Notes: a model not told the origin generated them from the letters alone. DNA of 29,929 nt from Promethearchaeota archaeon Loki_b31 (GCA_005222975.1 NJBI01000043.1:1-29929); one strand, 5' to 3'. Positions 1 to 8,125 are shown, counted from the stretch's first letter. Numbers and translations: made by a program.

Positions 1-219
1 TAGTTATTAAATAATATAAAAAATAAATTCCTTTTATTGATTTTTGTTCCGTCCTTTTATATCAGAAAATATATTTTACTAATAAAACCATAATATTTAC
101 TGCATGTCGCAACTATCGTTTAAAAATCCGACCATATATTCAGGTCTTCGGCAGGAGTCTCTTGACACTTTCTTAATTAAATTAATGTTATCAGAATTAA
201 TATAAATTGGAAGAATAAA

Positions 220-420
220 ATGGAAGATAAAAAAGAAAAGCGGGAAAAATTAAAAAATAGAAGATTTTTAGCTATCTTTGTTTTGGTTTTATCCGCAACG
301 ATCTTACTGATTTTATGGGCGTTATTCTTTGTGTTGTCCTTCGTAAAGATTCTAGCAAAGATAAGTCCGTTCAAAAGAAAAATTAAAGAAGGGGTAAAAG
401 GCAATGAGTCATATTTATAA
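220..420 (+). CDS. Small single-pass membrane protein
   Basis: 66 aa with a basic N-terminus, one long hydrophobic stretch (FLAIFVLVLSATILLILWALFFVLSFV) and a basic C-terminus. Overlaps the next ORF start. Confidence 0.55.
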   Translation: MEDKKEKREKLKNRRFLAIFVLVLSATILLILWALFFVLSFVKILAKISPFKRKIKEGVKGNESYL

Positions 421-823
421 AATTTTAAATTTTAATAGCCATAATATTAAAATTGACGAGGAAATCTACGACCAAATAAAATGGTTTAACGAAAATGGGT
501 ATGTAACGGGAGAATCGTGTCAAGGGGGAAGGATTCGTCGAGACGAGATAGAACCATTATATATCGTATTTACACGCTTAAATAAAAACCAAAAACGCAC
601 ATTATCGAAGATATGTAAAAAATTGAAAATAAAATTCCAACCTGCATATTTATATATAGTTAGTTATCCTCACGGAAGGAGAAGCCCTTTTGGAATGGAG
701 ATTTCAATAAAGGGCGAAGGAAATCGAGTAGAGTTATTAGACAAAGTAATTGCCCAGTTGGAGCAGTTCCATTTGAAAAATAATTCTAAAAAGTTTAAAG
801 CGATAAATAAAGGTTTTTCATAA
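404..823 (+). CDS. Hypothetical protein with a TYW3-like N-terminal motif
   Basis: IDEEIYDQIKWFNENGYVTGESCQGGRI resembles the TYW3 N-terminal pattern D..I..l...iN....Y.TtsSCsGRI. The protein is much shorter than TYW3. Confidence 0.6.
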   Translation: MSHIYKILNFNSHNIKIDEEIYDQIKWFNENGYVTGESCQGGRIRRDEIEPLYIVFTRLNKNQKRTLSKICKKLKIKFQPAYLYIVSYPHGRRSPFGMEISIKGEGNRVELLDKVIAQLEQFHLKNNSKKFKAINKGFS

Positions 824-971
824 GAAATATTCAAGATAAAAATGTAAGGGTGAGAAGATTATCGAGAAATCAATAGAATTAGAAAATAACAATAACCCAA
901 ATGGAATAGTACAAAATTTTTTTCAAGAGAAAAACCATAAACGATATGAGCTTCATTTTAGCGAAGATACA

Positions 972-1400
972 ATGGCAAAAGTTAGAGCATTTTGCGAATC
1001 CTTTCTCATCAAATTAAATAAATTTATTGTAAACACAGTTGGTCATTTTTTATTTGATATTGAAGACGATATAGGATCTAAAGCTTTTGATCTGATAGGA
1101 GGGTACTACAAAGTATCGAGATTGGTTGGCGTCCAATCAAGTAATAATACTCGTGAAACGAACGAGAAATTCAACGAAATTAAAGCCGAATTTCCTCTTT
1201 TAATATCAGAGGCAATTGATTACTTATGTGACGAAATTCCATTAACACCTGAAGAGTTTATTGTAGATACTATAAACGGGGAAATAGATTTTTTATTAGA
1301 CAATGTTAAAGAAGGCTATTATAACTTTCTTGGTAAATATAAAGACTTTTCTAAAATAACTGAATCAATCGATCAAATCTATAAAAAAAACTTACTATAG
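972..1400 (+). CDS. Hypothetical acidic protein; the true start may be ATT at 858
   Basis: 142 aa ORF. The frame is open from 840, with GGTGA at 849-853 four bases before the ATT. Confidence 0.65.
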   Translation: MAKVRAFCESFLIKLNKFIVNTVGHFLFDIEDDIGSKAFDLIGGYYKVSRLVGVQSSNNTRETNEKFNEIKAEFPLLISEAIDYLCDEIPLTPEEFIVDTINGEIDFLLDNVKEGYYNFLGKYKDFSKITESIDQIYKKNLL

Positions 1401-1424
1401 AAAAATGTAAAAGGGTATGAAGCT

Positions 1425-1565
1425 ATGGACGAAAGAAAAGATTCCAAATACCTCAAATATCATGCGAAAGTAGTATTCAAAAGAATTAGATCTGATGCGG
1501 AATCGCAAGTATTAATTCAAAGCATTAGCGATTTTTTTGCCGAGAATTTCAAATTTAAGCGATAA
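1425..1565 (+). CDS. Small hypothetical protein (46 aa, not in the ORF track)
   Basis: MDERKDSKYLKYHAKVVFKRIRSDAESQVLIQSISDFFAENFKFKR*. Fills the gap between two co-oriented ORFs. Confidence 0.5.
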   Translation: MDERKDSKYLKYHAKVVFKRIRSDAESQVLIQSISDFFAENFKFKR

Positions 1566-1594
1566 AAAAGAGGAAGAATGTGAGGTATTCAGAA

Positions 1595-2044
1595 ATGAAT
1601 GGATCTAAAGAGGAAAAGAAAAATAGCAAAACAAATGGAATTAAAAAACAAGAAAAGTTGATAGATGTACCAGAGCTATGTCAATTTTGTAAATATAAAA
1701 CTAAAGTAAAAAATCCCGATAGCGATAGGAATTTTGATTATTGTGGGTTTTTAGGAGGAGTTTTTAAGCCAACTATACTATGTTTCACCCCGAAAGATAA
1801 TAAAGAGTATACTCAACTTAAAAAAGTTGTTGTAGTTTTTACGCATAAATTAGAAAAACTCAATTTTGATATAGAAGAATCGTTTTACGAAGATGTTAGA
1901 AATATCGTTGATTATATATGCAAAATTACACGGTTGATCAAAGATCTTCAAGAGCAGTTTAATCAATCGATTTATGATTTCACGCACTTTTTAGACAAAA
2001 ACAAGTTAAACCGCGATGAAAAATATTTATACCCGGTAAAATAA
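1595..2044 (+). CDS. Hypothetical protein with a Cys cluster (possible Zn binding)
   Basis: CQFCKY...YCGF...LCF. ATG at 1595 is preferred over GTG 1580 because GAGGT lies at 1582-1586. Confidence 0.65.
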   Translation: MNGSKEEKKNSKTNGIKKQEKLIDVPELCQFCKYKTKVKNPDSDRNFDYCGFLGGVFKPTILCFTPKDNKEYTQLKKVVVVFTHKLEKLNFDIEESFYEDVRNIVDYICKITRLIKDLQEQFNQSIYDFTHFLDKNKLNRDEKYLYPVK

Positions 2045-2179
2045 ATGCATAGAGAGGGGTTTTTGAAATGACAAAATTAGAAAACAAAAATAAATTAACA
2101 AATTCATTTTTTAGAAGTTCATTAATTATAAAATTTGTAAACTAATATTTATATATAATAAAACCAGAATCAATTATCC

Positions 2180-2503
2180 TCAAATTGGTGCCTTGTAGTC
2201 GAAATCCCCCAAGAGATCATTCACGGCGTCTGCAGTCCCTTTTCTAAACGCACAATAAAAATGAAAACAAATGTAATGCGCATTATCTTTTGACCATAAA
2301 AGAAAGTGATCAGGAGAAGAAGGGTTTTCAATTATTTTTTCACACAGCACACATTTTAACAGATTTCTTTTGAAATAATCCTCGGCGGGGCGGTAATTTG
2401 ACAAGTCTTGAACTAAAATCCGAATGTCCGAATTAAATAAGTCGAATATATCCAGATGGTCAATCTCTTGGATTTTCTCGCCTTTAATTAATAATTGTTT
2501 CAT
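2180..2503 (-). CDS. Small Zn-finger protein (CxxC...HxxC)
   Basis: CVLC...CFHFYC treble-clef-like ligand set. Divergent from the Rep gene. Confidence 0.65.
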   Translation of the reverse strand: MKQLLIKGEKIQEIDHLDIFDLFNSDIRILVQDLSNYRPAEDYFKRNLLKCVLCEKIIENPSSPDHFLLWSKDNAHYICFHFYCAFRKGTADAVNDLLGDFDYKAPI

Positions 2504-2724
2504 AATTTTTGTCTACTATTATTTTTGAAGGTATCGTATTTAAGTTTATTGAAACCGAAATATGGGGTTTTAAATGCTCTAATTGAACATTTATAAAGTT
2601 TCATACCATCTTGCTTAAATCTTACTTGTAATACGGTCTAAAGAAAAGTATAAAAAATCCATTAATTTTAAGTCATTTTGTATTCGCAAAGTGAGATTAC
2701 AACACGATTTATCGGTAAAAAATA

Positions 2725-2739
2725 AGATTTGTCAAATCT
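2725..2739. promoter_or_regulatory. Perfect dyad AGATTTG-T-CAAATCT, candidate operator or origin element
   Basis: 7 bp inverted repeat with a 1 nt spacer in the approximately 590 bp intergenic region upstream of Rep. Confidence 0.3.
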
Positions 2740-3096
2740 GGGATTACATACCTTCCACTTTCATTTCGTGAGGAGAAGAAATCTTCACAATTTTATGGAG
2801 TATTTTTGTACTAATGAAAAAGATTGCTATTTTTAGGGTTTAGAAGCGTAAACGAAATAAAAATCAATTTATCGGGGTATTTTTCATTTATTATTTGTTT
2901 ATCGAAATTTGATAAAGTTTTTCGAGATTAAAATTTGCCATCAATTTAGTAATACAATATTATCTTTAATGCAGTATGGTAATCCATTGAACTGTAATAC
3001 AAAATCTCCTTTTAAACGTTGTAGATGTTTATATAGAAAAATTCAGAGTAATAATAAAAGAATAAATTTGAAAAAATCCTTGAAACAAGAAATAAG

Positions 3097-4278
3097 ATGT
3101 TACTATTAGAAACTAACATAAATTCAAGCAAAATAATTCAAAAGATTAAAAATGAACAAAATATAAAATTTGAGCAGTTGGAAAATTGGATAGTTGCAGG
3201 AAGTGGGAATTATGAGAAAACGCAAAATGACGGAAGATATAGAAGCAGTTGTAACACTTACAGGGATAGTATTACCTGCGAAAGTCATAAAATAAAGGGT
3301 TTAAAAATAAGATTTAACCATTGTAATAAACTTGATTGTACGAGCTGTTTTATACATGCGTCATCTGCAAGGGCTAGAAAGATAAATAATAAGATTCTTA
3401 AACTTCAAAGAGTAGCAAGAAACAGAGGAATTAAGATAGGAAACGTTATACACCTTGTTTTAAGCCCTAAACCAGAGTTCTTTCTTTCACAGCTAAAGGA
3501 TTACGAAAGCGTAAAAAAACTTAGAAGAAAAATATTTAGAATGCTTAAAAATGCTGGTATATTTGCAGGAGTAATGTTTACCCAATTGCATTCTATAAAA
3601 TGTAAGAAATGTGGAAAACCAGATGAAACTTGTGCTTGTAAAGATAAGCAGTTAATTAGGGCGTTAAATATTCACTTTCACGTATTAGGATACGGGTATT
3701 TAATAAATAGCGAAGAGTTTAGGAAAAAAAATAAGGGATGGATGTACGTTAATTTTGGTCGTAGAAAAGACGCTTATAGCACGATATTCTACATTCTAAC
3801 CCGGGTATCAATATGGAGAAAAAATGATGGAAAATTAAATCCCGCTTATCAAATATTCGGATGGTTAAAATCAAATAAATTCGTACCGATAAAACAACGA
3901 GTTGTGTACGAAAGAGATAAATGTCCCATCTGCAAAAAAGCTAGAAAAAAAATCTTAGATGGAGTTAAATATATTAAAAATCAAGAATCGGATAAGGTTG
4001 CGTTTTCTTCAATAGATAGAATAAACGAATTGAAAGCAGAATCAAAAAATAAGCTAATAAAGGATACAATCGATCAGAAAACAAAGAAAAGAGTATTTAT
4101 TGAGGTATCAGAAAAAGACTTAGTGTTAGGAAAAGAAATATTCTACAAAAGAATCGAAGTAGAATACGAATTTAAGAACGTAGATGAATTAAGGAGAATA
4201 ACTACGATAAATAAAATGAGATATAGAAAAGATAAAAGAGAAAACGAAAATTTTAAAGAGGGAAACGGTTATGGATAA
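3097..4278 (+). CDS. HUH-superfamily rolling-circle replication initiator or IS91-like transposase with Zn-finger motifs
   Basis: N-terminal C..H...HCNKLDCTSC, motif I HLVLSP, motif II IHFHVLGYG (HUH), candidate motif III FYILTR (Tyr), plus CKKC..CAC and CPIC. Confidence 0.75.
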   Translation: MLLLETNINSSKIIQKIKNEQNIKFEQLENWIVAGSGNYEKTQNDGRYRSSCNTYRDSITCESHKIKGLKIRFNHCNKLDCTSCFIHASSARARKINNKILKLQRVARNRGIKIGNVIHLVLSPKPEFFLSQLKDYESVKKLRRKIFRMLKNAGIFAGVMFTQLHSIKCKKCGKPDETCACKDKQLIRALNIHFHVLGYGYLINSEEFRKKNKGWMYVNFGRRKDAYSTIFYILTRVSIWRKNDGKLNPAYQIFGWLKSNKFVPIKQRVVYERDKCPICKKARKKILDGVKYIKNQESDKVAFSSIDRINELKAESKNKLIKDTIDQKTKKRVFIEVSEKDLVLGKEIFYKRIEVEYEFKNVDELRRITTINKMRYRKDKRENENFKEGNGYG

Positions 4279-4487
4279 AATGTAAGACATATTAAAATAA
4301 TAATCGGCTAACTATCGTATAATATTAAAATTGAATTCGAGTATTCAAAAATAAATACATATTAAGGCGTTATAAGTGTAGAATACGACAATATAAAAAC
4401 ACTAATTTAAATACATATATAAAAATCTATATTCATACAATAAAATATAATTTATTCTTCAAATTTCAGTTAAGATACTTATATAAG

Positions 4488-5339
4488 ATGACATTTTACG
4501 AACTTTCAGTTATTACTAACACGGGATTTCCTTATTACAATTTAAAACTAAAGAGTGCTCCTAGTGGTGTGAATTTATATTTAAGATTTTTTGATTTTTC
4601 CCATAGTAATTCTGGTCCAAATATTACCTTAGATCCTGTTAGCCTATTTGAGCTCAATGCTGGATTAGTTTCAGCTTTATACGAATTTGCCCGAAGCATT
4701 GACAAAAAAATTGAAAAACTTGAATTTAAACCAAGTAAAAAAGGAGCTTTAAACAAAACAAATTATAAAGGCGATGTTTTAATCACCACTCAAACAGAAC
4801 CATACTTACTTCATAAATCTGTTAGGGAAAAGATAAAATTAATTTATAATTCCGTGATATCTCCTAAAATCCCCCTTGATTCGGCTTTAGAAATATTACA
4901 AAACGAAGAAGATAAAATATTAGACATTTTAACAGATTCAGAAGCAAGAAATCGCATAAAAAAACATAAAAAAGAGATCAATCAATTAGCAAATGATTTT
5001 TTAACTGAGATGAATAGCTATGGACTTCATGGTATTTGTATTACTTGTTTTGATCTTTCACCTATTACTGTTTTCGGAAAGAAATATTCTTTGAATGATG
5101 TAGAAGCAATTTTGAGAAAAATTGGTGTAATCCCTCAGATTTCGCCTTTAGAATGGATATATCGACAGTCTTATATTTCAGACGAACAAATATGGGTGTA
5201 TGTAATAAAATCAGGAGTAGGTCCAACTATCCATGGCCTATTTGAACCTTATTTTTATCTATTATTTGCCGATCCTCAGTCTTATTTAGGGGAATTTCCC
5301 GGAAAGCTAGCTGCTAAATTTAATCAAGTTTTAGGATAG
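4488..5339 (+). CDS. Asgard-type longin/roadblock-like domain protein
   Basis: N-terminal YELSVITNTGFPYY and helix NAGLVSALYEFARSIDKKIEKLEF fit a longin-like pattern. The C-terminal half, GLHGICITCFDLSPI, resembles a roadblock/profilin-like start. Confidence 0.55.
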   Translation: MTFYELSVITNTGFPYYNLKLKSAPSGVNLYLRFFDFSHSNSGPNITLDPVSLFELNAGLVSALYEFARSIDKKIEKLEFKPSKKGALNKTNYKGDVLITTQTEPYLLHKSVREKIKLIYNSVISPKIPLDSALEILQNEEDKILDILTDSEARNRIKKHKKEINQLANDFLTEMNSYGLHGICITCFDLSPITVFGKKYSLNDVEAILRKIGVIPQISPLEWIYRQSYISDEQIWVYVIKSGVGPTIHGLFEPYFYLLFADPQSYLGEFPGKLAAKFNQVLG

Positions 5340-5367
5340 ATTTAATTAGAAAATAAAAACAAATAAT

Positions 5368-6138
5368 TTATTTAATGGATGTTTCTGCTGCTTTTATTAC
5401 TTCATATAGTGAATCTGCCTGTAGTGAAGCTCCTCCAACTAATCCTCCATCAATATTATCTTTTTTGAATATATCCTCTGCGTTTTTTGGTTTTATAGAG
5501 CCCCCATATTGGATTCTAACTATATCTGCTGTTTTTTTATCATAGTTTTTAGTTAAAAGTTCGCGAATAAAAACATGAATCTCTTCAGCTTGCTCTGGAG
5601 TAGCTGTTTTTCCCGTACCAATCGCCCATATTGGTTCATACGCTATAACAACTTTACTTATTTCTTCGTTAGTTAAGTCTTTAAAAGTATTGTTAAATTG
5701 ATTTTCAATTATTTCTTTTGTTCTTCCAGTTTCTCTTTCTTCAAGATGTTCTCCAATACAAACAATCGTATTTAAACCCAAAGATAAAGCTTTTTTCAAT
5801 TTTTTGTTCACTAATTCGTTTGTTTCTTTAAAAATATCCCTTCTTTCGCTATGACCAAGAATTACAAATTTACACCCGAGTTCTTTTAAGAAGAATGGAG
5901 AAATCTCGCCTGTAAAAGCTCCTTTTTCTTCAAAATACATGTTCTGCGCTCCAACCATTATATTTGTGTTTTGGACACACTCAATCGTAGAACTTAAGGC
6001 TGTATAGGGTGGAACAATCACAATGTCGACAGAATTAATTTTTTTCACTAATGGAATCAATTTTTTCAGCATTTCTATAGCTTCTGAAGGGGTTCCCTTA
6101 TTCATTTTCCAATTCCCACCAATAATTGGTTTCCTCAC
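5368..6138 (-). CDS. tpiA: Triosephosphate isomerase (bacterial/eukaryotic type)
   Basis: GGNWKMN, ILGHSERR, IAYEPIWAIGTG, YGGS and GGLVGGASL. GTG start. Confidence 0.98.
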   Translation of the reverse strand: MRKPIIGGNWKMNKGTPSEAIEMLKKLIPLVKKINSVDIVIVPPYTALSSTIECVQNTNIMVGAQNMYFEEKGAFTGEISPFFLKELGCKFVILGHSERRDIFKETNELVNKKLKKALSLGLNTIVCIGEHLEERETGRTKEIIENQFNNTFKDLTNEEISKVVIAYEPIWAIGTGKTATPEQAEEIHVFIRELLTKNYDKKTADIVRIQYGGSIKPKNAEDIFKKDNIDGGLVGGASLQADSLYEVIKAAETSIK

Positions 6139-6236
6139 TTTTAATTCCCTCTTTCCTTCTTTTAAAAATATGTAGATTAAACTCGATAATGATTTTAATT
6201 TAAGTTATATTTATGTAAAAAGAGTAATAAAAAAGA

Positions 6237-6740
6237 TTATTCTTCTTTTTTTATTTTGTCTGATAACTTTGTAGCTTCTAATAGCTTTTTTACTTCATTG
6301 ACATCTGGAGACATAACTTTTGGTAATCCGAGTTGATCTCTTCTTCTTTCTATAGCAGGCTGCATGGGAATTGCTTTACCATTTTCTAAAATGGTGGATG
6401 CTTGAATAGTGTAATAATCTGGAGCTTCACCTCTTTCAACACTCATATTTTTTAAAATAGTAAAAATTTCTGTAAGTTCTACTTTTTGAGGACACACCTC
6501 ATCGCAAGTATCACAAACTGTGCATCCCCATATACTAAACGCATTTTCTCTCCCAAAAATTTTTTCTTTTAACCCAAGAAGCGCATCCAAAATTAGTCTC
6601 CTAGGGTTATAGCGTCCATTTGTTACTTGTGCCACAGGGCAAGCTCCACTACATGTAGCACACTGATAACAATAAGCTAATGTACTACCGATGTCAGATT
6701 GGATAATTTGGTTTCGAAACTCAAAATCTATGGTTGCCAT
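6237..6740 (-). CDS. hdrC: Heterodisulfide reductase subunit C-like 2x[4Fe-4S] protein
   Basis: CYQCATCSGACP and WGCTVCDTCDEVCP with a C-terminal RRDQLGLP. Start moved to ATG 6740 (MATIDF). Confidence 0.88.
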   Translation of the reverse strand: MATIDFEFRNQIIQSDIGSTLAYCYQCATCSGACPVAQVTNGRYNPRRLILDALLGLKEKIFGRENAFSIWGCTVCDTCDEVCPQKVELTEIFTILKNMSVERGEAPDYYTIQASTILENGKAIPMQPAIERRRDQLGLPKVMSPDVNEVKKLLEATKLSDKIKKEE

Positions 6741-6863
6741 AAATATCAACTTAGTTTTTATAAAACTTATATTAATATTAAATAGCATTAAATTTTAAAC
6801 TAATTCTTTTTAATTTTAAAAAAATGGATAAATAATTTAATATTAAAAGAGAGATATCTAATT

Positions 6864-7229
6864 TTAATTTTGACTTAATTTAGATATCGTTTCTTTAATA
6901 ATAGCTTCTCCATAGTTTCCAACCATTTTACCATTAATCATAACTTCCCTTCCTTGTACTTCAACTACGCCCTCCACTAATTTCCCGTTCTTGAAAAATA
7001 ATAAGGTTGGAATAGCGGTTACTCCAAATTTTTCGCCTAAAGGTCTATTTTGTTCTAAATCTACTTGCAGTAGCTTAAATAAACCCTCTCTCTCTAGTTT
7101 TTCTAAGGTTGGACTTAAAAATTTACATGGTCCACACCAATTTGTATAAATATCACAAATAACGATTCCATTATCGTAGTTATTTGGAAGCTCAATACCA
7201 TATTCTTTTAAATCTTCGATACTCGTCAT
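6864..7229 (-). CDS. trxA: Thioredoxin
   Basis: WCGPC active site and AIPTLLFFKNG. Confidence 0.92.
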   Translation of the reverse strand: MTSIEDLKEYGIELPNNYDNGIVICDIYTNWCGPCKFLSPTLEKLEREGLFKLLQVDLEQNRPLGEKFGVTAIPTLLFFKNGKLVEGVVEVQGREVMINGKMVGNYGEAIIKETISKLSQN

Positions 7230-7445
7230 TTTATTTCAGTTTCTGGTCCTTACTTAATGATCTTTTGAATAATATGATTTATATTAGTCAAAACTAATAT
7301 TTAATTACTTTTATTAGTTTCATTTATAAAACTTTAAGCTACTTAGGGAGAAAGTAGTGGATTTTTTTTCAGAACTAAAAAAAAATACGAAAATTAAACC
7401 CAATCGTATTTTAAAATATTAATAACCTAATAAAAGATGAATTTA

Positions 7446-8045
7446 CTAAATTAATGATTTCTTTTTGTCTAAAGTATTTAGTTGAGCAATTAACCAGCAA
7501 AGTTCCTCGTATGTAGATGAAGATTTAAAAATTTCTTGCGCCTTTTTCTGTATTTCGTCCTTTGAAGTTTTCTTTGAGCCTTTTAAAAGCTCTAATTGTA
7601 ATTGAGCTAAAGTTTCGCATAAATCTTTATATGATTTTTTTTTTTTTGTAAGGTCGTTTGCTGCGATCGTTATTTCTGCCTCGAGATCTGGATTTAATCC
7701 TGCTTCAATGAGCTCCATAGTCTCTTCAATTTGAATTTTTAATTCAGCTCTTCTTTCTATGGCTTTTATTTGCTTTACTCCTTTGCTTAAAAAATCTTTA
7801 ATAACGATAAAAGCACCATATTCTTTGTTTTGATCTATTATTTGAATGTTAACTGTTTTTTCCTTTTTTTCATTTAACAAGTTTGCCTTGTTTATTGTTA
7901 TATCCTTTCTCTTTTTAGATATGTTCGAACCAAACCATACATATATTGTTTTAAAATCGTCAATTAAATACACATTATCTTCTTTAAAATCGGCTTTACT
8001 TATTCTTTTTAATCCTCCCCTTACACCGACACTATACAATATCAT
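7446..8045 (-). CDS. Single-domain gelsolin with a C-terminal helical 'X' domain (1DGelX-like)
   Basis: DNVYLIDDFKTIYVWFGSN gelsolin core. The C-terminal region has a duplicated helix motif: SYKDLCETLAQLQL and TYEELCWLIAQL. Confidence 0.82.
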   Translation of the reverse strand: MILYSVGVRGGLKRISKADFKEDNVYLIDDFKTIYVWFGSNISKKRKDITINKANLLNEKKEKTVNIQIIDQNKEYGAFIVIKDFLSKGVKQIKAIERRAELKIQIEETMELIEAGLNPDLEAEITIAANDLTKKKKSYKDLCETLAQLQLELLKGSKKTSKDEIQKKAQEIFKSSSTYEELCWLIAQLNTLDKKKSLI

Positions 8046-8125
8046 TTCAAATCTCAGTTTATATTGTTATTACAGAGAAAATAAAATTATCTTCTGATTT
8101 AAATTTAAATGTAAAAATAAATTGC

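Larger units (their letters stand above)
220..4278. mobile_element. Putative integrated rolling-circle element (plasmid, provirus or IS91-like); boundaries uncertain and may extend left of the window
   Basis: Cluster of short, tightly packed orphan ORFs plus an HUH Rep-like gene. Recognisable chromosomal-type genes start at 4488. No integrase or att site seen. Confidence 0.6.

Noticed and set aside
177-404. Minus-strand 75-aa ORF
   Set aside because: Antisense shadow of the plus-strand ORF 220-420, which fits the operon direction.
2068-2145. 25-codon ORF MTKLENK... after a G-rich SD-like sequence
   Set aside because: Too short and featureless to support.
2909-3109. 66-aa ORF upstream of Rep
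   Set aside because: TTG start within an inverted repeat, no SD and no recognisable motif. Cannot be fully excluded as a small leader gene.
111-4318. 9-bp direct repeat AACTATCGT at 111-119 and 4310-4318 as possible att or target duplication
   Set aside because: A 9-mer match between two AT-rich intergenic regions is expected by chance, and no integrase or tRNA end is associated.
6237-7229. Selenocysteine recoding in hdrC or thioredoxin
   Set aside because: No in-frame TGA; all Cys motifs are complete.
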